Of a DNA stretch of 64,000 bases, positions 12,412 to 23,949 are shown one piece after another. Origin of the DNA: Cetorhinus maximus (Eukaryota); contig NC_135881.1 of the NCBI RefSeq assembly GCF_964194155.1, positions 75,578,001-75,642,000 of the forward strand, read 5' to 3'. A model generated the notes under the pieces. That model was not told where the DNA came from, made no database searches, and saw only the letters and a program-made list of their open reading frames with translations. Position 1 is the first letter of the stretch, and each line of letters starts with the position of its first letter. The translations under genes were made by a program, and so were the position numbers.

Positions 12412-14226
12412 ATGGCTGCAAACGAGGATGCAGAGACCAGGCGGGAGGTGAGGTCAGCTGGGCACTCAACCACCCATTTTTCCGACAAGTGCCTCACTGC
12501 CCTCCTGAAGGAGGTGGCTGCCAAAAGGGACACCCTTATCCCCAGGAATGGGCATGGGAGGAAGTGGCAGCCCAGGAGAGCAGCCACAATGTGGTACGGC
12601 ACTGCAGGGTGCAATACCGGAAACAGTTCAATGACCTGCTGCACTTAGGAAGAGTGAGTAACATGTTGGCATAGGTCAGTGTGTTGAATTGTTTTGGGCT
12701 GGCCCCCCAGAGCTCAGGGATGTTAGTCTGAGTGCCAACTGTCAATGATACTGGAGCTGGCCAAGAGGGTGAGCCCTGGCTGCTTGGCCTGAGTGTCTTG
12801 TGCCTCGAGGGCCACGACTCGGAGGTGCCTTTCAAGGTGCTCCTCAGCTGGGGTTGGCCAGGCTGCAATGGCGCTGCAGGTAGAGAGCAGAGTAATCAAT
12901 GCTTCTCTGTCCTTTCAAGAGAAATCATCCCATAACAATATTGAGAGGTCGCGGACTGGCGGAGGACTCCCACATCTCCTCATCCTCTCTCGATATGAGC
13001 AGGAGGCCTTGGAGCTCGAGAGGTGCCATGTATCTCGGTCAAGCGGCTGCGGCGAGACTGGGGTATCAGGTGAAAGTAAGAGTGCAGTGCACTGAATTTC
13101 AGCTTGTGCAACCATTCTAGTGTAGTCTCTTCATTGATGTGAGCCTCAAGCCTGGAGCCCCCATCGATCATTGAAAGACAAAGGCACCATGATGCAGATC
13201 TCCATTGTCTCACCAGAGTGCCTGGCATGTGATGACTTTAACTAATGACAAATCCTTTGGCTCACTTTTAGGTTCACAGCAGGCGTTTGCTCCCCGGACC
13301 CAGAAGGGCCACCCTGACCCCAGAGGGCCACCATGCTCCCCAAGCACCTGCGTCACACCCACTCTCCGAACTAGGCACCAGTGCTGATACCAGCACTTCG
13401 GTGGGCATTAGTTCAGCGGCTGGTATCTCATTGCACCTTGGGACGGCACTTCACACTCACTTGAGGTGCAGGCAGAGGCAGAGAGTGCCCAGGTCACCTG
13501 CAGTCAGAGGAATGCTGGAGACCAGGACAATATTCAGTTGCAGACTGATGATAGGCCTCTGGAGTCGTCCATTAGGCAGCAGATGCTGGAAGTCCAGCAG
13601 GGTGTGCGGGAGGTTCTGGCGGAGATCCAAGAGGGTATGTATGCCATGGTCTCTGTAGTGGGGGAGTCCCTGTGGAATGTGAGCACTGCATTGACCTGAT
13701 GGCCGAGTGCAATGCATCCTCCATTGAGAGAGTGGCGACTCTCAATGAGAAGCTGCTGCAGGAACTGGATCAGGGGTGTCTGGGTTTGCATTCGGACCTG
13801 AAAGCCCTCACACAAGCACTGGCCTCAAAAGCCAGTGTCCATGTGTGAGATGGATGGGGCACCCAGTATCCCAGCTAGGTGCCCATCCATTAATGGTGAG
13901 CAGGGAGGTCCACAGTGACTTCACGTTAGACCACGAGCTGCCTGTCGTCTCTGTGGGCTCCTCTCAAGGCACTCCGGATGATGGCAGCAGCTCCTCTGCC
14001 CCTCTGCCAGTGACCATGGCATCTGATGAGGCTGCGGCAACTGTGGAGATACCAGCCCTGGTACTGGCCGCTCTCTTCCAGGCAGGGCCAGCACGGGCTC
14101 CACTGGCTACCAAGGTCATCAAGGCCAACATGGCAGCAGAGTCAGGAGGCTGCTTCCAATGCTGGTGCCAGCGTGGGGGGAACATCTAGACGTAGCAGCC
14201 GTAAACGTAAGTTGAAAGCACATTAA
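12412..14226 (+). pseudogene. Harbinger Myb/SANT-like DNA-binding protein, 3 exons (12412-12653, 12919-13075, 13272-14226)
   Basis: HFSDKCLTALLKEV..AWEEVA..QYRKQFNDL, then EKSSHN..RTGGG, a coiled-coil-like segment and the basic tail RRSSRKRKLKAH. Frameshifted; first acceptor is CAA instead of CAG. Confidence 0.8.
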
Positions 14227-14557
14227 GCACATGAGGGACTGGACACGGGTGATTTTTTGTTCCCCCATTTTGTTTTTCTTTTTTTAATGGTGTGACTACC
14301 AACACTGGATATTGTTCCATTCAACTCTTATGTGAGTTCCAACATTAAATTACATTTGCTTTTGTGTTATTGGCCTGAGTATGCTTCATTTGTTTTGTAT
14401 ATGGCGGGTAGGCCAGTATGTAATGCTGGACGTGGGTGGCTAGAAACTTAATTGCACAGGCACTGAGTGTATCTTGGAGGCCAAGGAAATGGTCATTTCT
14501 ACGATCCAGGATGGAGATGGCAGCCCTGGCATGAGGTGGTAGTTCTTATTTGTCAGC

Positions 14558-15793
14558 TTAGCTGAAGGAGCGTTGGGTCAAGGCGTCCCTGGTATCCCCA
14601 CCTCCCTGGAGGTTACCGAGGCCTGGGTCTATGCCCTCAGCGTTCTGCTCACTGTGCTCATCTCCTGACTCACTACTGGACTCATCCTCTGTGGCCTGTG
14701 CAACTGCGTCAACATCCTCTTCCTCCAATGGGTCCCTCTTTGCCAGTGCCAGATTGTGGAGAGTGCAGCATGCAACTACTATCAGTTACACCCGCTCTGG
14801 GGGGCATTGCAGTGCGTCCCTTGAACGGTCCAGGCATTGGAAGCGCATCTTGAGAAGACCGGTGGTTCTCTCTACCACCGCCTTTGTGGAGGTATGGCTC
14901 CTGTTGTACCGCTGCTCGGCCTCTGTTCTTGGGTGGCGGAGAGGCGTCATGAGCCAACTTTTCGAGGGATAGCCCTTGTCACCCAGCAGCCATCCATCCA
15001 GTCAGGCTGGAGCACTGAAGAGTCCCGGTACCTGGGAGTGTCTCAGGACGTACGTGTCATGGGAGTTGCCAGGGTACCTTGCACGGACTTGCAGAATGTG
15101 CATCCTGTGGTCACACACTATCTGTATGTTTATAGAGTAGAATCCCTTCCTGTTGACGAGGCACCCAGCTGACCCACTGGTGCCCTGGTGGCCACATGTG
15201 TGCCGTCGATGGCACCCTGGATGCGGGGGAACCAAGCAATCGCCGCAAAGCCTCTGGCTCGCTCAGCCTGGCTGGCCTCATCCGTACGGAAATGAAGGAA
15301 AGTCAATACCCGCCTGAACAGAGCTTCTGTCACCAGCATGATGCGAATGTGGACAGAAGATTGGGAGACTCCACACAGATTTCCCACGGAGCCCTGGAAA
15401 GAGCTGGAGGCATTGAAGTTGAGGGCCACTGTGACCTGCAGAGCCACTGGCAAGGGGTGTCCACTCACACAGCTGGAGCTGATCTCCAGCCCAATCATCT
15501 GACAAATGGATGTCATGGTCTCCCTGCAGAGGCAGAGCCTCCTTCGGGCATTGCACCTTGGACATATTGAGGTATCTGCATCGCTGCCTGTAAACCCTGG
15601 CAGCAGGATAGTGGAGTCTTCTGCAGCGCCTTCTGCCTTGGGCTACCTGCTGGCCCTGCGCTCCTTGTGTCTGCACCTCTCCTTCCACAGGTCCCTCCCC
15701 TGGAAGCTGTATTAGGACACTTGGCCTCCTCTCCCTTCTGTACCTCTCTTCCTCCTCAGAGGAGGTGCCTCCAGCGGAGACCACAATCCTCAT
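14558..15793 (-). pseudogene. Harbinger (HARBI1-like) DDE transposase, disrupted
   Basis: [70 protein letters not shown]; several frameshifts. Confidence 0.92.
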
Positions 15794-16268
15794 TATCAGG
15801 GTAAGGGAAGGCTGTCTGAAACCTGGAAGGGTCCACACAGTCCACATCCCACGGGGGCCTGGAAGACACCAATGAGTCCAGAAATGAAGCCTCGAAATGC
15901 TAAGAATGAAGCTCAATCAGAGATTAAGCTGCCAAGTCTCAATAAGCCATCAGCAGCAAGTTATCTCCAAAACTCCTCACTACTCACATTGACAATGCTG
16001 CTGACCCATCTTATCCCACCAGGGGGTGAAGTTTTGCAAATGTTGGCTGCCCGCCTGCCCGAGCGAAAAATTGCACTGGCAATGTCAAATCACTGTCAAT
16101 TGGGTTGTCAGGGGCCTTAACTAGCCTCTTAATTAATGGTGGGCGTGGCTCCACTTCCACACACACCCATCAAGCGAAATATCATGCGAATGTCCGACAT
16201 CATCACATGTCATTTTATGCTCGTTCAGATCAGGCACGCGCCTGTCTGATGAGCTGAAAATTCTGCCC

Positions 16269-16668
16269 ATTGGAGCTTAGATGAATGAGGGGTGATCTTA
16301 TTGAAACATAAAATTTTGAGGGGGCATGACAGAGTAGATGCTGAGCGGATGTTTCCCCTCATGGGGCCTAGAACTAGGGGGCACAGTTTAAAAATAGGGG
16401 ATCCCATTTAAGATGCGATAATGGGGGACTTCTTCTCTAAGCCCTTGGAATTCTCTTACCCAGAGAGCAATGGAGGCTGGGTCATTGAATATATTAGATA
16501 GATTTTTAATCTACAAGGAGGCAAGGGTTATGGGGTGGGGTTGGGGGAGCTGGTATGCAAGTGCTCTTAAGTCCACGATCAGATCAGCCATGATCTTATT
16601 GAATGGTGAAGGCTCAATGTGTTGATTGGCCTACTCCTGCTCCTACTTATTCTAATCTTATGATCTCA
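16269..16668 (+). mobile_element. CR1 LINE 3' fragment
   Basis: GAATGAGGGGTGATCTTATTGAAACATA..GATCAGCCATGATCTTATTGAATGG..CCTACTCCTGCTCCTA and TCTTATGA tail. Confidence 0.88.
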
Positions 16669-16767
16669 TAACTAGATCTAGTAATGTCTCTCCTCTTGTA
16701 TGCATATGAAGAAAGAGTTTTGTAATCATTTTCAGAATTCTATTCCCATTTTGCTACTGAATCTATG

Positions 16768-17457
16768 GGGCAGGATTTTTCGGTCGGTGGGTGAGCGTGA
16801 TCGGTGGGCCTGGGATTGGCTGGGGAACGAACCGCTGACCGTGATCGGCTCCCGAACGTGATTTCACGCTGGCTAGCCAATTAACGGCCAGTCAGTGTGA
16901 AGTGCGCGCTGAAATGCTCAGTGCTGCCGGGGTGGGGGCGGGAGGAGAGCAAGCGTTGACGTAAGTGCGGGCGAGGGCAGAATGAAAGTTCCCTGATGGC
17001 AGACAGCTGCCTCAGGGAGCTTAAGACTTGAAAACAATTAAATAAAGTTTTTAAAACCAGGAGAAAAATGTCCAATCATCACAATCAGTCACCTGAACAT
17101 ATACATTATAAAATTGCTTGCCATAAATTATTATTTTTTAAAAATTTCATATAGGAAACCTCACCCGCCCTTGGATGAGGTTTCATGAAAAATGCAAAGT
17201 GTGCCTGGCCGATTTGTCCGTCTGCCAGCCATAAAGTTGGATGTACCATGAAAAATCGGAGACAATTACAACTTTAATGACCTTAATAGGCCTCTTAATT
17301 GTCAGCGGATGTGCTTCCGACTTTTGCACACACCCACTGACTGAAATAATGCGCAGGCGTGGGATGATGTCGGGACGCTCGCCCGGTGTCATCCTGAGCG
17401 ATTTTGCATCCGATTGGGTCAATAACACACCTGCATACCAACCTAAACATTCTGTCC
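16768..17457 (+). mobile_element. Harbinger type-A-derived MITE (690 bp), TSD ATG
   Basis: TIRs GGGCAGGATTTT / AACATTCTGTCC; ATG on both sides; termini homologous to the ends of A1 and A2. Confidence 0.85.
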
Positions 17458-17919
17458 ATGTCTGTCCCACTTGATAAGTGGGTATTTAAAAATCTCCTGG
17501 AAGAATCATTGTAGCCATGATTTTAACTCTATCCAGCTGTCCACAACTCGCCTAGCGACATGAGTTGGAAACCCAACCACTGCTTGGGAAATGAAGCTCT
17601 GGTGAGTTTAATTAACATGCCTCTCATTTATATGGGAATAAAGCACTGGATATTTTTTACAATGGATGGTCAACCGCAATGATTGGCAAGTTGAAAATTT
17701 ATTTCTGCAGCTGTCTTAATTTTGCAAAGTGCTACATATAATTGGTTAGGTGGCTGTTAAGCCAGTTCAGAAGTGTGAAACCAACATAGTCAAATGTTTG
17801 GCATCAACATTAACATCAAAGTGCTGAAAGATTCTTCCTAAGTGAAAACTTCTGATTTTACATAGAATTTGTTGATGCTAAGGATCTACTAAAAAAGTGC
17901 ATGTACCAATTAACTCCTG

Positions 17920-18618
17920 GGCCAGGATTTTCAGCTCGGTGTGCAGGCACGCGCCTGACACGCCCGAGCATGAAATAGCACGCGACGACGTCAGGCGAGT
18001 GTCCCGATGTCCTCGCGCACTTGCGATATTTCAGTCAGTGGGCACACACGAGAGTCAGCAGCGTGCTCGCTGACAATTAAGAGGCCTATTAAGGCCCTTA
18101 ATCAGGTAATTGAGATGAATTTTTCGCTGCCTGTCCAACCTTACGGTTTGCAGGCGGCGAATAGACCAGGCGGCCCTATGCAATTTTTACAAAACATCAT
18201 CCATGGGCAGGATAAGGTTTCCTACAGTGATAAAATTAAAATAAAATAAAAAAATTTTAAACTCATTTTTAAATTGACCCTCTTCATGTGACTGAGTCAC
18301 ATGTGGAGACATGTCTATATTATTTGTTGATTCTTCATTTTTCATTTTTAAAATCTTCAGCTCCCTGAGGCAGCTCTATGCCTTTAGGGAGGTTTCAGTG
18401 ATCACACACCCCCGCGCCTGTGCAAACTTCAGCACTCATGCTCCTCCTGCCCCCACCCCGGCAGCACTGATGATCTCAGCGCATGTTTCACGCTGGCTGC
18501 CCGTTAATTGACAGCCAGCGTGAAATCACGGTCGGGGCCCAATTGCAGGCGGCAGACTGTTTTGCGCTGCTCCCAGGCCCGCCCACCGCGCCTGCACGAT
18601 GAGAGGAATATCCTGCCC
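17920..18618 (-). mobile_element. Harbinger type-A-derived MITE (699 bp), inverted relative to the preceding copy
   Basis: TIRs GGCCAGGATTTT / AATATCCTGCCC; flanks CTG/CTA; reverse complement aligns to 16768-17457. Confidence 0.85.
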
Positions 18619-20486
18619 CTAGTATCAAAAATGGAAAGTTGTTTGGCAGTGTCTTTTTTATCTGAGGGTGAAAGCTCTGCTTTGAAAGGTATTATCTCTC
18701 CCCTCCTTCTCTTCGGTAATGCAAAACCAATGCAGTTACTGAAAAGAACTGCTTTAATGAAGCTTTAGAGAACTGAAGCTGTGCCTTGCAGTTTGTTTAA
18801 TGTGCAGCAGTAAATAATTGATACAAGGCGGGCACCATTCATAATAGATTGGGTTTGACATGACCATCGCTCAGGGTTTAAGCTTCCTTAACAAACATAT
18901 TATCAATCATGCTCCACTAACTAATTCTGTAGATTTTGAAGCTGGAAGTTTCATAATGGAGAATCTTAACATTTCTTAGAGAGCAGGATGTACATTATAA
19001 CAGCTATATTCCAGTAGATGGGAAGGCTTCTAATCTAGTGCACTATTACCATTTAGGAAGCATAAAAAACATTTCTAAAATACATTCCACTATTATCACT
19101 GGAGCACTGGTCTTTACCAACTTTCTTTTTCTTCTTAGCTTAATTTCATACAGAGTGGAAGGATTCCAGAAAGCATAAATTCCCTATCACACATGGAATG
19201 CAGCAGTTCTGTTAATTACAGCGATACATAAGGAAACAGCAGCCTGTACAAACTGACTAAATGGGAAGACTGCTGTGAAGTGATGTTACTGGACAAGAAA
19301 GTCATATAAACATGCCACTACCCTTACTTCCACTTTTGTTGCCGTGTTATCCTTAGGTTCACAAATTAAGCTGTGCACCTTGGACAGAATTGTGTGAACT
19401 CTGTACCTTTGCCAATCAAAGATGCCTAGGTCATCAATTTCAAACTGCACCAGCCACTGTGGTATGGACGGATGGATGGAAGATAATATCACTTGGAACG
19501 TGTAATTGGAGGACAGAGTTATCTTCATCTAGAGAATAGAGTGAGCCAAAATGGACTGGTACTTTGGACTGGTTTTTAATCTAATTGCATGCACTATATA
19601 GCACTGTTTCTCGTAATTAGCAATGGGTTTGTGCTGAGAAGCCAGTCATGCCAAAGAGGAGGAAGAATCTCCTGAATTCTACATTTCAAACTGAGCAGAA
19701 GCTGTTACATATACACTGTGGTCAGTCTTTTCACTGACATTCAGGGAGTGATCCTTATCTCACCATTTAGGCCAACATATGCATACTACACGTCATACCT
19801 TTTTGGCACTGGTAGCCGCAGACAACATAAAATTACCGAGGACATCTAAGTGTGTGTTGCAGCTGTTAGGGTCCTAGCTCAATGTGGTCCTTTCCTACGG
19901 CCTGTAATTAATGCGGTTCTCAAGACAAGAGCGCAGGACATCAGGTGCCCACTGCAGTGAAGGCCGGCAGCACCCATTGTGAGTCCAGTGGGAGCACTGC
20001 TAATGGAGGGACAGGAAGGCACCACAGCTGCCAATAGTGCCTTGGAGTGAATGCAAAGTTCACTGCATATGGCCATTAGAGACACCAGTCTCCATGATTT
20101 CTTCACTTAATGGCAAGGCTGTGATATGAGCTACCGATGAGTTTTGAGGCTCCAACCTCCCATGATGAACCCAGGGGCGGACACAGCGGGGAGCCAAGCG
20201 ATGCTCACAAAATTTCCGCTGTGTCCAAAAGTAGGGGCTAGATTGCCTTTTAAGTGCCTTGATTGCAGACCTACCGCCACCGAGCGGGCAGCTGCTGCTG
20301 TAGGGATTCCACCTCCAGGAAGATCTCCTGGAGGTGGGAACACATACTAGGGACCCAACCCTATATGCGGCATTCCAAATTTCCACACCCTCCCTCTGAA
20401 TGCATATTTTAGTTTAAAAAATCGTCTTTCATATTGTCACACTTCTAACCATCATAAATTCCATTGTCTGCATTTAAAATAAAAAT

Positions 20487-20603
20487 AGGGGAGGGGTTGG
20501 TGTACTGATAATGTCACTGGACTAGTAATCCAGAGGGTCAGGCTAATGCTCTGGGGACACAGTTTTGAATCCCAATACGACAGCTGGTAGAAGCTGAATT
20601 GAA
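20487..20603 (+). mobile_element. tRNA-derived SINE head fragment
   Basis: A-box-like TGGTGTACTGATAATG, CTGGACTAGTAATCCAGAG and degenerate B-box TTTGAATCCC. Confidence 0.6.
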
Positions 20604-20739
20604 GGTGACCTTTGTAAACTCATCAGGCTTTAATTACACCCTCTCACCAATGGTAACATCTCAATTTTGGATCACCCAGCCCTTAAGGCTGTACCGTTGA
20701 AAAGCTCCTGTGCTCCAACCAATTCTACTTCTCTGCTTT

Positions 20740-21775
20740 CCAAGTTGTGACAACCTATATTATTGAAATGTCCACTACCATTCATGACTGAATGTGACAG
20801 GACTCCAAGCTTCAGTCTAATCTGTTGGTTGTTAGATCACTTAGCTCTGTTGTGATGGGATCCCTGGTTTCAAAGCTTGTATCTTTTGGGTCAGGCCATA
20901 ACTGAAAGGGAAACTGAACCTTTAGGTTTCTAGAGAAACTAAAACTGAAGCTGGATGAAAGCAGATAAAAGACACAGAGCTATTGCAGCTCGAATCACCC
21001 AGCATTGCAGTGAAGGAATGCTAAGGAAAACGGAGGCTGAATCACGAGCTGACAATAGACAAATAGGGTTGCTGCAGCTGTTTATGTTACTTAAGGTATG
21101 TGATTGCCCAGACTTGGCCATATAGTGCACAGGGCTGTTACTGAGAGCTTGAATAAAGGTGATTCTGCCATCAAGACTGATGTGAGCAAAGCTGAGGAGG
21201 TTCTGCAGAAGTGCGCCATTTTGGTGAAGGCCTTCCCTGCGGAATTCAGTTTGGATGAAAGCTGCTGTCAAATGAGAGTCAGTGGCTAAATCCTTGAAGA
21301 AAAGGAGCTGGAATTCTATTTGAGGAGGTTCAGAGCTTTGAAGAACTTTGTGGCTGAAATTAGTTCCATATATGCTGATTGGATTGCCCAGTAAATCCGT
21401 GAGATTTTTCTTTGTCGTATCTGCTATTTAATGTGTAATTTATAGTTTATATTGACCTCAATGTGTCTGTTAATTCATGTTTAATTCATGTTTAATTTGG
21501 TTTGACTGTTAAAGTAGAAGTTACAAGAAGTGAAATCTTGTCCATTGGTTTTCTCATCGGAGTCATTCGGTAAATTTGATTCTTTTGGTTTGTTGGTCTC
21601 CACAGGAATCATAACACTGTCTACCACATGCTGCACCTGCTATTCAACATGCATGTATCCCTGTGTTCTGTGTTCACCAGGCTGGAATATCATTTTCAGA
21701 TATGCCTGGTGCTGCTCCTGGCATGCCCTCCTGCACTCTTCCATTGAGCCAGGGTTGATCCCCTGACTTGATGAG
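20740..21775 (-). mobile_element. LINE fragment (probably the family at 9030-10840) split by a solo LTR
   Basis: TATGCCTGGTGCTGCTCCTGGCATGCCCTCCTGCACTCTTCCATTGAGCCAGGGTTGATC recognised as a LINE ORF2 segment; left boundary uncertain. Confidence 0.5.
20851..21616 (+). mobile_element. Solo LTR (766 bp) with 4-bp TSD CTGT
   Basis: TGTGATG...CATAACA termini; CTGT at 20847-20850 and 21617-21620. A 4-bp TSD is typical of Gypsy-type integrases. Orientation inferred. Confidence 0.75.
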
Positions 21776-21779
21776 TGTA

Positions 21780-22175
21780 ACATTTGGAATCCCCAAGTCC
21801 TTTGACACCACCCCAGTATTTAAAGAAGATTAGAAGTTTGTGGCCAGCACCTCCACAATTTCTACCCTTATTCCCTCAGCAATCTAGGATGCATCTTTCC
21901 AGACCAGGTTGCCCACTTTGAGTACATTTAGCCTCTCTAGTAAGTCCTCTTTATACTTCATCCAGTATCCCAGAAATTCCTAATTTACCATAGCTTTGGA
22001 AAGCTCCTCTTCCTTGGTAAAAACCTTTGCAAAGTGCTTACTTAGTTCTTTAGCCATGCCTTCTGATCCCACCAATAGACCTCCATTTCAGTCCCCGATT
22101 ACCCTGCCACTCCTGTGACAACACTTTTACTGTTAACATGCCTTTCAAAGACCCTCGAATTCCCTTTTATAAAGA
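21780..22175 (-). mobile_element. CR1 LINE internal fragment
   Basis: Similar to 32080-32480 (GGCCAGCACCTCCACAATTTCTACC..GGATGCATC..GAATTCCCTTTTAT). Confidence 0.7.
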
Positions 22176-22179
22176 TTAG

Positions 22180-22280
22180 ATTATATAATGGACTGATTTG
22201 GTTGCTCTACAGAGAGCCAGCATGGACTCGGTGAACTGAATGGCCTCCTTCTATGCTATAATGACTCTATGCCTCTATAA
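22180..22280 (+). mobile_element. CR1 or CR1-dependent SINE 3' tail
   Basis: GAGCCAGCATGGACTCGGTGAACTGAATGGCCTCCTTCTATGCT followed by a GACTCTAT tail. Confidence 0.7.
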
Positions 22281-22997
22281 TCTTCCCATCGCTTCAGTAT
22301 CCTTTGACCCCACACTTTCAGAGATTTAAACAGCAGCTGGGTGATCTGTTCCCAAACTTCTGGTATTCTAAGCCACAACAGGGTAATCGCTCTGCTGACA
22401 CCAATCCTTCTGATTTTTCTTCTCTGATATCTGCACAGAAATGCCGGATTTAGGAACTAAGCAAAGTGGAATATCAAACCTATATGCCATCGCTCTGTGG
22501 AGCTGGGTTTAGTGCTCGAGTATGCTGTTCCATTGTGCCCCACAAAATGTCCATCTCCCAATCCTGAAGATTTGGTCATAATGTCTAAAATAATTGTAAA
22601 GATGTACTAAACCTAAGAGGGTCATAGGAGCTGAAACAAAAAAATGAACATAAAATCTTCAAAGCTCTATTGTCATGAATATTTATAATAGTTCTATACA
22701 AGGAACAATCACAGGTGAATTGAATAATTGAAATAAGGAAAAATTATACTGATAATTCCTGATGATCCAAGCAGTTTTATCTAGGCAATGAAATCCCAAA
22801 GATAATAAGACTAACTGACTGAATCAATTGAGAATTTCTCATTGATGAGTGTTTAGCATCTGATCCTTATTTGTACATTGCCTATCTGAAGTGTTCGTAA
22901 ATTACTTTGAGGGGTTCTTTAAAAATGCACTCTGTGTTTCTGGTGCTGTGATGCCGAAAGTGTACATAGGTGTGACATCTGTCTTTGTCCCAAATCA

Positions 22998-23523
22998 CAG
23001 GAGAAAGTCCATTTTAATAATCGGGGTGGGTGCCTGTGCCGGTACTGGGGTGCATGCTCCAGGGATTCATCAGCGTGACACTGTGCTTACTGGGAGGGAA
23101 GTGTCAAACATTGCAGACCCCGCCCACTGAAGTTGGTTCAGCCTCACCCAAGAGGTGAGTGATCTCTCTTGGATTAACAGCCGTTTGAATACATTGGATT
23201 CCACATTTGACCCTGTTACAGCAAGTACACCTCCATGAACCAACTCCTGGCTATACAGGAAGTAGAGATGTGGAATTTCCAATGGAAGTTCAGGATTCTG
23301 CCAGTCCCCTACACAAAAGTGATGATGGGGAGAAGTTGCAGGGGGTGCGGGATGGATGAAGATGGGTGATTGGGATATTGGCAGTGAGGAGAGAATAGGT
23401 AAATTAAGCATTTGCCTCCTATTTTCATTGGAATTCGTCTTCGGAGTTAGGGATAGAAACTAGTTAGAAACAGGTCTGCCCAAATTCCAGCCGCTCTGCT
23501 CTCACTGCCACAGATTTCTGCCC
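22998..23523. mobile_element. Possible old Harbinger-derived MITE
   Basis: Ends in GATTTCTGCCC (TIR-like); shares CCAATGGAAGTT with the 525-1720 family; no TSD seen. Confidence 0.3.
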
Positions 23524-23949
23524 CAAAATAGACCAAATTTTAATTTTTGAGTAACTGTATCAGTTTCATCTATGCAGATGATTCAGTTTGGAAGAATTTT
23601 ATTTGTTGACTTTATAAAAAATGGGAAATGCGCCTGTTTGTGAATGTTGACTTTCAGTCTCAATGTACTGAAAGATATGACCAACAGCTTTAGTGGCGAT
23701 ATTACCTGTAGACTTATTGAACATTCTGAATGATAGAGACTATCAGCCACTTATCCATTTGTTGCGACAACAAATGCTCAGCATGCTTTGGTGGGGTAAT
23801 CAACCAATAAAGCTCTGAAGTACAGAGATTTGGATTTCAGATACCAGAATTACGGTCGCATTGCCTTTAGCTATACCAGCTATTTTAGCATTAATGAAAG
23901 AACATTAGGACAGCAGCCAAAAATGACCAGAATGCAAATAGGTCCTAAG

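Larger units (their letters stand above)
12334..16268 (-). mobile_element. PIF/Harbinger element A1 (decayed, left terminus missing)
   Basis: Transposase and Myb/SANT pseudogenes; right TIR AAAATTCTGCCC at 16257-16268; colinear, inverted, with element A2. Confidence 0.92.

Noticed and set aside
19880-20400. GC-richer segment with a 12-bp hairpin (20309-20337) as a Harbinger fragment
   Set aside because: No transposase motifs, paired TIRs or TSD found; probably an unclassified repeat.
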